A stretch of DNA of 64,000 nt from Candidatus Woesearchaeota archaeon (GTDB taxonomy: Archaea; Nanobdellota; Nanobdellia; Woesearchaeales; GW2011-AR4), in assembly GCA_016180235.1 (NCBI GenBank), contig JACPBQ010000004.1:303674-367673 (forward strand). The letters are read 5' to 3'. This document shows positions 26,818 to 36,003 of the stretch, piece by piece. The notes below the pieces were generated by a model. That model saw only the letters and a program-made list of their open reading frames with translations. It did no database searches and was not told the DNA's origin. How positions within the stretch are numbered: the first letter of the stretch is position 1; every line of letters begins with the position of its first letter. The position numbers were made by a program, and so were the translations under genes.

Positions 26818-28194
26818 CATCATGTGCTGCCTTGAGATTTCCTCGTAAAGCTTGTATATTATCATTACCGCCAATAGTATCCCGGTGCCTGAGCTTAAAG
26901 TCCCGGTTATATCTGCAAGACCGGATAAAAATCCTATTGTCAGGCCGCCCATGATAGTTAAGGGCCATATGTACCTGTTAAGCAGCCTTTCCAGAACCCT
27001 TTCATCCCTTCTAAAGCCGGGAATCTGCAGACCGGAAGACATCATGTTTTTCGCCTGGCTCCTTGCATCCATCCCTGCTGTCTGCACCCAAAACATGCTG
27101 AAGACCATAGCACCAAGCATCAAGAATGTAAGGTAAACCAAAGCCTGCAAATAAGGAGCAATGCCTATAAAAATTGTATGCTGCTCGATTATCGTCCTTA
27201 CAATATTAGGCCCCTGCAGCCAATATACGAACCCTGATATGGGCTGGCCGGTAAACTCGCTGAATCTTCCCAGAAAAGGAGTTCCTACATTCTGCAAAAA
27301 TCTTCCAAGCAGCTGGAAGTTTGCAATTAAAGCCGATACCAATATTACCGGAATAACACTTGTGTAGATGAAAGACAAAGGCCATCTTACTCCATGGCCC
27401 CTAACCATTCCAAATGACAAAGGTATTTCGACTTTCATTGCCTGGGCATAGACAGCGATTGCGAAAATAATGACGGTAGAGGCTAAAGTAGCAATCATTA
27501 TTCCTGCTGTTGTAGGATCTCCAGCAGCAAGGCTCTGGAATAAAGCAGGAATTGCCCCGGCAGAATATGTAACTCCAGCCAGCCCTGTCGGGCCAGGAAG
27601 CCAGTTGAATGCCTGGACAAAGATGCTCTTGCTGACTCCGGCTGCTATAAACAATCCTATTCCCGAGCCAAAGCCCCACTTGCTCACAACCTCATCCATA
27701 AACAGTATCATCAAACCGCCTAAAAACAGCTGGAATATAAGGATAAATTCCAATTGGCCGTACAAAGGAGTTCCAGCATAAGCAGGATCAGGAGCCATGC
27801 CGCCCATAAGCACATATATTGCTGACTCAAATATTATGAAGAATACTGCCAATAATTTCTGCAGGCCCTGGAATTTTCTTTTTCCTTCCGACTGGGTAAG
27901 ATCGAGCTTCAATATTCCCGAGCCGTTAAGGAGCTGCAGCACTATAGATGCGGTGACTATAGGGCCTATTCCCAGGCTTATGATGCTTCCAAACTCTGCC
28001 CCTAAAATTATGGATAATGTTTCAAATCTCTGCAGGGCATTAACGCCCATGCCGAATAGCGGCATCAGCCCAAGAGTAAAAAATATGACAAGGACAATAA
28101 GAGTCCACTTAAGCTTTTCCCTGAAAGAAAGATGCTTCTGGGACGGGCCTTCTACCTCCGGGAGGTTGTTTAAGATAGTATTCCACACGGACAT
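26779..28194 (-). CDS. secY: Preprotein translocase subunit SecY
   Basis: 471-aa ORF with 10 TM segments and the SLGIGPIVTASIVLQLL motif, positioned after uL15. Confidence 0.95.
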   Translation of the reverse strand: MSVWNTILNNLPEVEGPSQKHLSFREKLKWTLIVLVIFFTLGLMPLFGMGVNALQRFETLSIILGAEFGSIISLGIGPIVTASIVLQLLNGSGILKLDLTQSEGKRKFQGLQKLLAVFFIIFESAIYVLMGGMAPDPAYAGTPLYGQLEFILIFQLFLGGLMILFMDEVVSKWGFGSGIGLFIAAGVSKSIFVQAFNWLPGPTGLAGVTYSAGAIPALFQSLAAGDPTTAGIMIATLASTVIIFAIAVYAQAMKVEIPLSFGMVRGHGVRWPLSFIYTSVIPVILVSALIANFQLLGRFLQNVGTPFLGRFSEFTGQPISGFVYWLQGPNIVRTIIEQHTIFIGIAPYLQALVYLTFLMLGAMVFSMFWVQTAGMDARSQAKNMMSSGLQIPGFRRDERVLERLLNRYIWPLTIMGGLTIGFLSGLADITGTLSSGTGILLAVMIIYKLYEEISRQHMMDMNPMMRKFMGG

Positions 28195-28195
28195 T

Positions 28196-28651
28196 TTATT
28201 GTTTGCCTGCGCTTACAGCAAGGATTACCTCGCCGCCACTGCCTTTTACCTTGTCAATGGCCTTTTTTGAGGCATAAGGAACCCTTATCCTGTACTTATT
28301 TAAAACTTTGCCGCTTCCCAAAAGCTTGTTGAACCCTAATTTTTCAAGATCAACAGAATAGACATCCTTTTCCTTGGTTATGGAATTTTGCCTGCTCAAT
28401 TTTTCTATATTGGCTTCCAAATACTCTATATTCACAGGCCTGATATCAGTCGTGCTTTTGCTCTTAAAGCCGAACTTGCCGAAATACCTCTCTTCCCAAA
28501 TGCTGGGTTTTTTTGAATCTGCCCTTTTTCCGGAACCGGCCATTCCCCTGCCTCCTCGATTTCCAGCTCCCCTGCGCTTCTTCATGGAACCGCTGCCGTG
28601 AGTCTTGCTGCCCCTGTATCTTGAGGATTTTTTCCTTTTGTTGACTGTCAT
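28196..28651 (-). CDS. rpl15: Ribosomal protein uL15
   Basis: Gly/Arg-rich N-terminus RGSKTHGSGSMKKRRGAGNRGGRGMAG. It occupies the conserved operon position. Confidence 0.9.
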   Translation of the reverse strand: MTVNKRKKSSRYRGSKTHGSGSMKKRRGAGNRGGRGMAGSGKRADSKKPSIWEERYFGKFGFKSKSTTDIRPVNIEYLEANIEKLSRQNSITKEKDVYSVDLEKLGFNKLLGSGKVLNKYRIRVPYASKKAIDKVKGSGGEVILAVSAGKQ

Positions 28652-28660
28652 TTTATTTCC

Positions 28661-29125
28661 CTACACCATCCTTTTTATCAGGTCGTTAATCTTTTCTCCC
28701 CTATAGCCAAGAGCCCCGCCTTTGCCGAACGGGATCTTTATGCCTTTTCTTCCAAAGCCCTTCCTTGGGCTGTTCAGCCGGAAGAATTTTTTTATCGTTT
28801 TTCCATTGACAGATATAAATCCATTATACTTTATCTTCCCTTTTTTGTCTGCGACCTTTCCCTTATAATCCCGGCCTTTCTTCTCTACCAGAAGATCATA
28901 GGTATCATCATCCAGCTCTCCCCAGGTAACATAGTCATTTACCTTATTGACCATTCCCGCATAAGAATCATTCCTTGGAACTACTACGCAACAATTCTTC
29001 TTGTAAAGCCTAAGCTGATTAAGGGTCCAGTCAATCTCATTTTTAGCGTCGATAGATCCCCTAACTCTCACAATGGCAATCTTTCCGCTGTTCTCCCTGC
29101 TTTCTTCTTTTGGCATTTTAATCAC
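28661..29125 (-). CDS. rpl30: Ribosomal protein uL30
   Basis: 154-aa ORF with IAIVRVRGSIDAKNEIDWTLNQLRL, located between uS5 and uL15. Confidence 0.85.
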   Translation of the reverse strand: MIKMPKEESRENSGKIAIVRVRGSIDAKNEIDWTLNQLRLYKKNCCVVVPRNDSYAGMVNKVNDYVTWGELDDDTYDLLVEKKGRDYKGKVADKKGKIKYNGFISVNGKTIKKFFRLNSPRKGFGRKGIKIPFGKGGALGYRGEKINDLIKRMV

Positions 29126-29922
29126 GCATTTATTTTTCCTTCAACAACCCCAAGGCTGTCTGCCGTCTCTTTTTTTATCTTGATTTCTGCAAGCTTCCTC
29201 ATCGCATAAAAGCACGCTTTTATCAAATTGAGCTTTGTCCTTGTCTGCCCTGATGTCTGCGACCACACATCCTTTATTCCGGCTATGGCCAGCATTTTTT
29301 TGCACTCCCTTTCTATGCACAGCCCCGTGCCTCTCGGAGCAGGTATGAGCTTCACTTTAACTGAGCCACACTTCCCCTCTACCGTAAACGGCACGCTATG
29401 CGGATTCCTGCAGCCGCACTGCCAGCTTCCGCAGCCTCTTGTTATCCTGATTATTCCGAGCTTTGCATTTCTTATGGCCTTTTCCCTTGCAGGAACAGTC
29501 TCCTTGCTTTTTCCATACCCTATGCCTATATAGCCATCCTCATTCCCTAAAATCGCAAACGTACCGAAATTCGGCTTGTTGCCTTCCCTGGTTTTCTTCT
29601 GCGTCTGTCTAAAGACGCGTCTTTGGCCTCCGCCAAATTTTCCTTTTGACTGGCCTATAAGGAGCAAGTCTGTGCTTAGGTTAGGCATCAATACATCTGT
29701 GATCTGATGCTCAAGTATGGTGAGCCTGTTGTCTAGTATATAGTCAATACTGTTAATTTCTCCTGATTTGACCTTCTTTCCCAATGAGGTTTTAGGATCC
29801 CATTTTTCTTTGTTGAATTCATGATGATGCCTTCCTACCTTCGCCTCTACTTTTTCCGCTACCTCTGTAACTGCCTCTTCAACCAATTCTACCTGCTCCT
29901 CTGCCTTTACTTTTTCCGCCAT
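29122..29922 (-). CDS. rps5: Ribosomal protein uS5 (acidic N-terminal extension)
   Basis: The conserved core is WDPKTSLGKKVKSGEI ... GIGYGKSKETVPAREKAIRNAK ... IPAPRGTG. Confidence 0.9.
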   Translation of the reverse strand: MAEKVKAEEQVELVEEAVTEVAEKVEAKVGRHHHEFNKEKWDPKTSLGKKVKSGEINSIDYILDNRLTILEHQITDVLMPNLSTDLLLIGQSKGKFGGGQRRVFRQTQKKTREGNKPNFGTFAILGNEDGYIGIGYGKSKETVPAREKAIRNAKLGIIRITRGCGSWQCGCRNPHSVPFTVEGKCGSVKVKLIPAPRGTGLCIERECKKMLAIAGIKDVWSQTSGQTRTKLNLIKACFYAMRKLAEIKIKKETADSLGVVEGKINA

Positions 29923-29926
29923 TTTT

Positions 29927-30520
29927 TTACCCTTTGCTGAAATCTTTATCTATGCTGCTTTTTACCTGCTCAAAATTTTTAGTTATGTTTGACATATCAA
30001 CCTTGCTTTTTATGAAGGCGCCAAACTGATTTCTGAGCGATGAATCATCTTTTTTCAATAACTGAGCATAACTTGCTATATGCGAGCCATTCACCCTTTC
30101 CTTGCTTGGCAGCATTTCCTTGCTGCATGGTATGCTTAATCCGGCATCCAAGGCTCCGGCAAGCACAGCATACAGCCTCGAGCCTTTAACTGACTTGCTC
30201 ATGCCTATATCAAGAATCACATGGTCCAACCTGGCGCTTTTCGCCTTTTTGCCAAGCAGATAGCCCACAAGGTAAGCAGCAGGAATATTTCCTGTGCCAT
30301 AATCCCAGCCGAATTTTTTCAGGTTCTGTGAATGTGTCGCGACTTTTATGATATCTCCTTTTTTATTGTACTCTGCTATGGATGCCTGTATGTTCTTCAA
30401 TGACCTCCTCACGACAAGCCTGGGCCTTTTCGATGAAAGCACCTTTACCCTTTTCCTGTAATTTGTGAGGTTATTTCTTTTTCTCCTGAATCCTAAAGTA
30501 TAAATTCTGTTTCTTTTCAT
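29927..30520 (-). CDS. rpl18: Ribosomal protein uL18
   Basis: RRKRNNLTNYRKRVKVLSSKRPRLVVRRSLKNI is typical of archaeal L18/L5e. Confidence 0.9.
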   Translation of the reverse strand: MKRNRIYTLGFRRKRNNLTNYRKRVKVLSSKRPRLVVRRSLKNIQASIAEYNKKGDIIKVATHSQNLKKFGWDYGTGNIPAAYLVGYLLGKKAKSARLDHVILDIGMSKSVKGSRLYAVLAGALDAGLSIPCSKEMLPSKERVNGSHIASYAQLLKKDDSSLRNQFGAFIKSKVDMSNITKNFEQVKSSIDKDFSKG

Positions 30521-30966
30521 TTTTTGATAAAACCATTTTCTTCCATGTATATCTTAAGGTGCCTTTTGCTCCTGAAAAAGCCACCTTTGCTCTTCATATA
30601 AAGCGACCTGTAACCGGACCTGCCGATCACGTCCTTGTCCCTCAGGTTCTGCAGCAAAGCCCTCTGGGTCCTTATGTGGTTTGCCCATCTTGTTTTTTTT
30701 GTTATCCTTGCAGTCATCCCGCTCTTTCTTGAGCCGGGACCCCTCCTTCTTCCCCTGCTTTTCTGCAGCTGGTTTTTCCTGATCCTGTACCTTGATGTGC
30801 CTATGGTTTTTTTTGCAATTATTGCCCTGTCCTTCACCAGAGATTTGATATCGGCTTTTGTTATCGCCTCCTTGATTTCTTCAAGCCTTCCCGGGTCGAG
30901 CCATACATTGCTCTCTGAGCATTTCAATACCTGGGCTGCAAGCCTTTTTTGTATCCTGATGTTCAT
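30517..30966 (-). CDS. rpl19e: Ribosomal protein eL19
   Basis: MNIRIQKRLAAQVLKCSESNVWLDP followed by a basic helical tail. Confidence 0.9.
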   Translation of the reverse strand: MNIRIQKRLAAQVLKCSESNVWLDPGRLEEIKEAITKADIKSLVKDRAIIAKKTIGTSRYRIRKNQLQKSRGRRRGPGSRKSGMTARITKKTRWANHIRTQRALLQNLRDKDVIGRSGYRSLYMKSKGGFFRSKRHLKIYMEENGFIKK

Positions 30967-30967
30967 C

Positions 30968-31534
30968 TTACCTTTCCCTCTTGGTCAAAAGCTTTTCTTT
31001 TTCCTTCTTTTCAGCTTCTTTCTTATCATCATCTTCAGCTTTGCCGGATAATTTTTCTTCCTTCTTGGACTCTTTTTCCTTCGCATCCCTCTTTTCGTCT
31101 TTCTTCGCTTTCTTTTTATCAGCAATTTCCTGCTCTGCATTTCTTATGTATTCTTCAGGATTGCGGATATTCAATACATTAAATCCCAGCTCTTTTGCCT
31201 TTTTCAGTATTACAATCCTGTTTTTTTTGCCGGTTGAAGACGAAATAATAATGCCATGCTTCTTATTGTCCAAAACATCAAGATGGCTTATGTTAGCCAC
31301 TATCCTTCCCTCAAGCCCTGACTTGTGCAGGCCCCTCACTTCCCTTGGGCTCCCGTAGCCCTTGGAAACTTTTCTTGACTTGCCTCCCTTGTTAAGCCTG
31401 ATCTTCGAATGCAGGCCCTTTGGCTTCCTCCATTTCCTCTTCAAGCCGGGCTTTTTGTGATAGTCCTGCCTGATAAACTCCGGCTTCCTTGATTTTATGC
31501 TTCTCCTTACCTCAAGCAGCCTTTCTGTATCCAT
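30968..31534 (-). CDS. rpl32e: Ribosomal protein eL32 with ~55-aa K/E-rich C-terminal tail
   Basis: KPEFIRQDYHKKPGLKRKWRKPKGLHSKIRL core. The C-terminal tail begins KKKAKKDEKRDAKEKESKKEEK. Confidence 0.85.
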   Translation of the reverse strand: MDTERLLEVRRSIKSRKPEFIRQDYHKKPGLKRKWRKPKGLHSKIRLNKGGKSRKVSKGYGSPREVRGLHKSGLEGRIVANISHLDVLDNKKHGIIISSSTGKKNRIVILKKAKELGFNVLNIRNPEEYIRNAEQEIADKKKAKKDEKRDAKEKESKKEEKLSGKAEDDDKKEAEKKEKEKLLTKRER

Positions 31535-31535
31535 C

Positions 31536-32123
31536 TTATTTTATCTCCTTGCCATCCTTGTCTATTATGTAAATGCCATCCTGGAAAATCCTGAGATCAT
31601 ACCTTGTTCGCCTTGTCAATTGCTCGATGTCGGCGCTTATCTGGCCGGCAGTCTCCTTGCTCGCGCTTTCAACTATTATCTTATCTCCGTCGACCTTTAC
31701 TATTGCCCCTTCCTTGAGCTTCAGCACCCTCGGAACTTTTTCCCCAAGGAAATTTTTCACTGTAAGCTCATTTTTATTGATGGAAACATTTATAGGGAAA
31801 TGGCCGGAGCATATCTTCAGCAAATACTTATGTGTTTCCAGGCTCCCACTGATCATGTTTTTTATATGAGCAGCATACGATTTTATCAGCTTCTTTTTCA
31901 TTTTGCTGAACCTTCCCGCTTTAAGCATAATCAAATCATCTTTGGTCTCTATCGCGACTTTTTTATCTGAAAAATCCCTTTTTATCTCGCCTTTCCTGCC
32001 TTTTATTGCCAATACACTGCTGTCCAGGCTTACGCTCAATCCCTGAGGGACTTTTATTTCCGCAACCAGGTCCTTTTTTTTCTGCTTTTTGCTTTTCTTT
32101 TCAGCCTTCATTTTCAGTAACAA
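31536..32123 (-). CDS. rpl6: Ribosomal protein uL6
   Basis: Two-domain L6 pattern (IKVPQGLSVSLDSSVLAIKGRKGE ... ICSGHFPINVSI). An alternative ATG at 32111 would avoid overlap with rps8. Confidence 0.9.
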   Translation of the reverse strand: MLLKMKAEKKSKKQKKKDLVAEIKVPQGLSVSLDSSVLAIKGRKGEIKRDFSDKKVAIETKDDLIMLKAGRFSKMKKKLIKSYAAHIKNMISGSLETHKYLLKICSGHFPINVSINKNELTVKNFLGEKVPRVLKLKEGAIVKVDGDKIIVESASKETAGQISADIEQLTRRTRYDLRIFQDGIYIIDKDGKEIK

Positions 32124-32506
32124 TAAGCCAGGAGCTTACCCCCAATCTGCTTTTTTTTCGCGTCGTCATGCGACATAATTCCTGCAGGAGTGGATAAAAT
32201 CAGGATTCCCATGCCCCTTGCCAGCAAATACCTTTTCTCGAATTTCTCAAACTGGGTGGTTTTTACGCTGTACCTCGGCTTTACGACTCCGCACTTGTTG
32301 ATATTGCCGAGCAGGTTTATCTTAATCAAATCTCCCCTGCCGTTCTTTGTCTCCTCAAAGCTGCCTATGTAGCCGCTGTCCCTCATGACCCCAAGCACTT
32401 TCCTGATTACCTTCGAGGAAGGAGAGGCCATGCTCTCATGCTTTCCTATCTTCTCGTCATTCAGTATCGATGATAATGCATTTGCTAACGGATCATTCAT
32501 TGCCAT
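32114..32506 (-). CDS. rps8: Ribosomal protein uS8
   Basis: MAMNDPLANALSSILNDEKIGK is the typical S8 N-terminus. 130 aa. Confidence 0.9.
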   Translation of the reverse strand: MAMNDPLANALSSILNDEKIGKHESMASPSSKVIRKVLGVMRDSGYIGSFEETKNGRGDLIKINLLGNINKCGVVKPRYSVKTTQFEKFEKRYLLARGMGILILSTPAGIMSHDDAKKKQIGGKLLAYCY

Positions 32507-32514
32507 TTTTTACC

Positions 32515-32751
32515 TCAGCTGTATTTTTTAAATCCAAGCTTCACGGCATTTTCCCTGAAGCACTGCCTGCACAGTTCAAGGCCATAGCTGCTTATGTGGC
32601 CCCTGATCCTTCCGCACATGACGCATCTCTTCAGGCTTATGCCACAGCTTCTTTTTTTCGGGGAGTTATGCTTGATGAACTTGGCCATCTTCGCAGGCTT
32701 TGCCCTGAGCTGCCTGAATTCCTTTTTATAGTCGCTGTAAGACATTTTCAT
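32515..32751 (-). CDS. rps14: Ribosomal protein uS14 (zinc-binding type, N-terminally extended)
   Basis: CVMCGR...CRQCFRE zinc ribbon and the C-terminal LGFKKYS, located between uL5 and uS8. Confidence 0.85.
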   Translation of the reverse strand: MKMSYSDYKKEFRQLRAKPAKMAKFIKHNSPKKRSCGISLKRCVMCGRIRGHISSYGLELCRQCFRENAVKLGFKKYS

Positions 32752-33257
32752 TCACCTATCTTCAAATCAAAGCTGCTTTTCATAAAATCAATCGCTTCAT
32801 CTCTCCTGATGCGGTGCTTTTTTGGTATCGCGTGCTTCTTCAAAGCCCTTTTCTTTATCCTGAAGCCGTTCCTTTCGAGAGTTATGCAAACTTGGAAGCC
32901 CATGATGCCTATTTCAGGATTATACTTGACTCCCGGGACGTCGATATATTCGTTAATGCCGAATGATATGTTGCCCTCATCATCAAAATTGCTTTGCTGT
33001 AATGTATTGTCCTTTGACTCAAGCAGCCTTTTCAGCAACTCCAGGGCATTGGTTTTCCTCAATGTCAGCTTGCACCCTATCGGCAGCCCAGGCCTCAGGC
33101 CCCACTCCTGGATCCTCTTTCTCGTGAATGTCTTTACAGGAGGCCTTCCGGCTATGCTGCTAATCAGCTTTATACCTTTCTCTAGCTTGGTCTGGTCCTT
33201 ACCAGCGCCGATGTTAAGCGTTACTTTTTCTATGCTTATCTGCTTCATAGAGTTCAT
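32748..33257 (-). CDS. rpl5: Ribosomal protein uL5
   Basis: [14 protein letters not shown] ... [12 protein letters not shown]. It occupies the conserved operon position. Confidence 0.9.
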   Translation of the reverse strand: MNSMKQISIEKVTLNIGAGKDQTKLEKGIKLISSIAGRPPVKTFTRKRIQEWGLRPGLPIGCKLTLRKTNALELLKRLLESKDNTLQQSNFDDEGNISFGINEYIDVPGVKYNPEIGIMGFQVCITLERNGFRIKKRALKKHAIPKKHRIRRDEAIDFMKSSFDLKIGE

Positions 33258-33258
33258 T

Positions 33259-33954
33259 TTATTTTCCTAATTTAATCAAAGGCTTGTCTTTTCCCACAGG
33301 AAATGCATATTTTTTCAATGTCTCGACAGCATCGCCATTTTCAGCCTTGTATATGATCCTGGCGCCGGCAATGTCCTGGACATTTCCAATTTCACCTATA
33401 TGCTTCCCGCCAGTCAGGAATATCAAAGATCCATTAGCAAGCTTAAGGTGGTCTTTTATGCCAAAGCCCCCGCTATCCAGGCTTACAAGCACAGAATCAC
33501 CGCATTTGTAGCTGTCTTTTTCAACAAAAATGTTTTTCCCGTCATACAGATTAAGCTGAGCCTTTCCTTTCAACATTCTCTTGCCGATTATCTTGCAAAG
33601 CTTAAGGCCACTTTCCTCCTTGCTTATCCTGATAAGGGCCAAAGAGCCTTTTTTGTCCAAAATAACGCGGAAATGCTCGCCTACATCATTAAGTGACAGG
33701 ACATCGAACAAACCAACCGGGAATTTTGGATCCCTTCTTTTTATCCCGTCGACGGTTACGTCCCTGTTTCCCAGCATGAACTTCACTTCCCTGTTTGTTG
33801 CTGCATAGCCAAGCACATCCCTCAAAATGACATTCAGAGGCAATGCCATCCCAATCCTGTGAGGCCCAGGGCTCGGCTTTGTTACATACACTATTCCTTT
33901 CCTCTTTATCTTCCATGATTTGGGCGAAAAATACCGCTTAAGGTGCTTTGTCAT
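33259..33954 (-). CDS. rps4e: Ribosomal protein eS4
   Basis: MTKHLKRYFSPKSWKIKRKG N-terminus with S4 and KOW-like domains. 231 aa. Confidence 0.9.
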   Translation of the reverse strand: MTKHLKRYFSPKSWKIKRKGIVYVTKPSPGPHRIGMALPLNVILRDVLGYAATNREVKFMLGNRDVTVDGIKRRDPKFPVGLFDVLSLNDVGEHFRVILDKKGSLALIRISKEESGLKLCKIIGKRMLKGKAQLNLYDGKNIFVEKDSYKCGDSVLVSLDSGGFGIKDHLKLANGSLIFLTGGKHIGEIGNVQDIAGARIIYKAENGDAVETLKKYAFPVGKDKPLIKLGK

Positions 33955-33956
33955 AC

Positions 33957-34337
33957 CTATTTCCTCTCCATAGTTTTATTTCTCATCTTGTCTTCCATGT
34001 TAAGCTCCGTTACTAAAAGGTTGGAAGGGTGCAAAGGGCGCCTTGCTTTTGTCCCGTCTTTTTTTGATATTTCTATGCCGCTTATGTATACTAAAGTCTT
34101 TTTCAGGTCAACTTCCTCGACCTTTCCCTGCCTGTTCCTGAACTGGCCTCTCATCACTTTTACATTATCGCCTTTCCTCAGGCCTATGCTTCTCTTGCTG
34201 TACTTCTTCCTCAATTCTTTTGAAAGGTGGGCCCTGACGAACTTCTGCCTGACGTGCAATGGGGCGTTATGCCTGTACTTCCTCTGCTTTCTCGGCTGCA
34301 CGCTTTTTTTCCATGATGATGCGAATTTTGTCTTCAT
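33957..34337 (-). CDS. rpl24: Ribosomal protein uL24
   Basis: QRKYRHNAPLHVRQKFVRAHLSKELRKKY followed by the KOW motif GDNVKVMRGQFRNRQGKV. Confidence 0.9.
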   Translation of the reverse strand: MKTKFASSWKKSVQPRKQRKYRHNAPLHVRQKFVRAHLSKELRKKYSKRSIGLRKGDNVKVMRGQFRNRQGKVEEVDLKKTLVYISGIEISKKDGTKARRPLHPSNLLVTELNMEDKMRNKTMERK

Positions 34338-34348
34338 ATCAATCCACC

Positions 34349-34750
34349 TTAAACAACAACGCTTGCTATCTTTGCAACTGCAGGCCAGCGCTCAGTGACT
34401 TCCTTTGCAATAGCGCCCTTGAACATCGTGCCTTTTGGGTTTCCCTTATCATCCTTCAAAACGATTGCAGCATTGTCCTCAAATTTTATCCTTGTGCCAT
34501 CTGCTCTCCTGTACTCTTTCTTCTGCCTGACTATGATTGCATGAACAACCTGTTTCCTCATGTCCGGCCTTCCGCGCTTTACAGACGCCATGACCAGGTC
34601 AGAGACCCCAGCCGAAGAGATACGGCCTTTTGTTGTTTTCAAGCCTACTACAGTAAATATCCTCAGCACCTTGGCTCCTGAATTATCGCAGGTCTCCACT
34701 TCGCTCCCTACAGGCAGGGCTCTCGTCACATCGGCCTTTATCGCTTTCAT
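34349..34750 (-). CDS. rpl14: Ribosomal protein uL14
   Basis: VETCDNSGAKVLRIF ... AIIVRQKK, the typical L14 pattern. Confidence 0.9.
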   Translation of the reverse strand: MKAIKADVTRALPVGSEVETCDNSGAKVLRIFTVVGLKTTKGRISSAGVSDLVMASVKRGRPDMRKQVVHAIIVRQKKEYRRADGTRIKFEDNAAIVLKDDKGNPKGTMFKGAIAKEVTERWPAVAKIASVVV

Positions 34751-35193
34751 TCTTCGATATCCTCCCTGGATTTTTGCGGGCTATCTTTGCCCTCTTCAGG
34801 CTTTTTCGCTTCCTTCTTTACCTTTGATGCCTCTTCAGCCTCCATCCTCTGCTCAAATCCCTTTTCCCTTCCCAAAACTTCTACAACAACAAAGCCCTTG
34901 GTCTTGCTCAACGGCCTGCATTCCATGATCTTAACAATATCCCCTTCATTTGCATTTATGCATGAAGGATTGTGGGCCTTGACCCTGCTCCTCCTTTTTT
35001 CATACCTTTCGTATTTCCTCAGGTAGTTCTGCCATTCCCATTCGACATTCACTGTCTTCTGCATCCTGCCCGATATGACTGTGCCTGTAAAAACCCTTCC
35101 CCTGCACTTCAAGGTGCCATGGAATGGGCAATTATCGTCCTCGCATGCCTTCTTAGGCCTGCTCACTTCCAATCCTATGTTTTTAGTCTCCAT
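34747..35193 (-). CDS. rps17: Ribosomal protein uS17 (charged C-terminal tail)
   Basis: CEDDNCPFHGTLKCRGRVFTGTVISGRMQKTV ... GDIVKIMECRPLSKTK. Confidence 0.9.
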   Translation of the reverse strand: METKNIGLEVSRPKKACEDDNCPFHGTLKCRGRVFTGTVISGRMQKTVNVEWEWQNYLRKYERYEKRRSRVKAHNPSCINANEGDIVKIMECRPLSKTKGFVVVEVLGREKGFEQRMEAEEASKVKKEAKKPEEGKDSPQKSREDIEE

Positions 35194-35196
35194 TTT

Positions 35197-35451
35197 TTAT
35201 TCTGATTTGATTTTAATCCTGTCTTCAGGCTTCATCGAAATTGCCTTTCCGTCAACCTCGACAAAACCATTGGCTGTTTTAACCTGAAACAATGAATTTC
35301 CCTTCAAAACCCTTTTTCTTGCATTTTTTGTCATCACCAAAAAGCTGTTTTTTGTCTCGTCGATTATTTTCCCTTCAATTTTCATTGATGGAATGATTAT
35401 CTGCTTCCCTATGAATTCCCCGCGCAATATCTCTATATCTTCCCTTGCCAT
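35197..35451 (-). CDS. rnp1: RNase P protein component 1 (Rpp29/Pop4)
   Basis: 84-aa ORF with GEFIGKQIIIPSMKIEGKIIDETKNSF...KPEDRIK, at the conserved position before rps17. Confidence 0.8.
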   Translation of the reverse strand: MAREDIEILRGEFIGKQIIIPSMKIEGKIIDETKNSFLVMTKNARKRVLKGNSLFQVKTANGFVEVDGKAISMKPEDRIKIKSE

Positions 35452-35452
35452 C

Positions 35453-35761
35453 TTACCTTACCTCAATTGATTCCGGGGGAAACCCTATCTTGACCAAAAA
35501 GTCCTTGACACGGCTCTTATGGTCGCCCTGAAGCTCTATCTTTCCTTCCTTCGTGGTTCCGCCGCATGCGAACCGCTCCTTGAGCTTTTTTGCAAGATCC
35601 TTGATGTCAATCTCCTTTTTGTCAATGCCTTCAATTATGGTGTAATATTTCCTGAACTTCTTCTTTTCAAGGTACACGTTGATTGTCTGGCTTTCTTTTG
35701 CAATTGTTTCGCAAACGCAAAGCTCTTTCACAAGCCCACATTTGGGACATATCTCACTCAT
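35453..35761 (-). CDS. Translation initiation factor aSUI1 (eIF1 homolog)
   Basis: CPKCGLVKELCVC zinc-knuckle N-terminus followed by the SUI1 fold RFACGGTTKEGKIELQGDH. Confidence 0.85.
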   Translation of the reverse strand: MSEICPKCGLVKELCVCETIAKESQTINVYLEKKKFRKYYTIIEGIDKKEIDIKDLAKKLKERFACGGTTKEGKIELQGDHKSRVKDFLVKIGFPPESIEVR

Positions 35762-36003
35762 GCTTTTTTACCAACCTCCTTTTTTTTTGGCTGCAATGTT
35801 TTTTCATCTTTCCTGGATTTCTTTTCGTGCTCAATCGTGATTATTCTAGCCAAAGTTTTCTTTATCTTCCTTATCTGCCCGGGATTTTTCATGGCAGTCC
35901 CTATTGCTACCTGTGCATTAATCTTAACAAGCTCTTTCTTAAGCTCGGCCATCTTCTCAGCGGCCATATTCTTATCCATTCCCCTTATCTCTTTAACTTT
36001 CAT
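35758..36003 (-). CDS. rpl29: Ribosomal protein uL29
   Basis: MKVKEIRGMDKNMAAEKMAELKKEL, the typical L29 helix pair. Confidence 0.85.
   Translation of the reverse strand: MKVKEIRGMDKNMAAEKMAELKKELVKINAQVAIGTAMKNPGQIRKIKKTLARIITIEHEKKSRKDEKTLQPKKKEVGKKA

Noticed and set aside
26678-26968. 96-aa minus-strand ORF ending in MNPMMRKFMGG
   Set aside because: It is created by the duplicated secY 3' end. Its upstream part is an out-of-frame read of secY, so it is not an independent gene.
32470-33270. 266-aa + strand ORF over rps14/rpl5
   Set aside because: It is antisense to conserved r-protein genes that fully explain the region, and it has no start context or recognisable domain.
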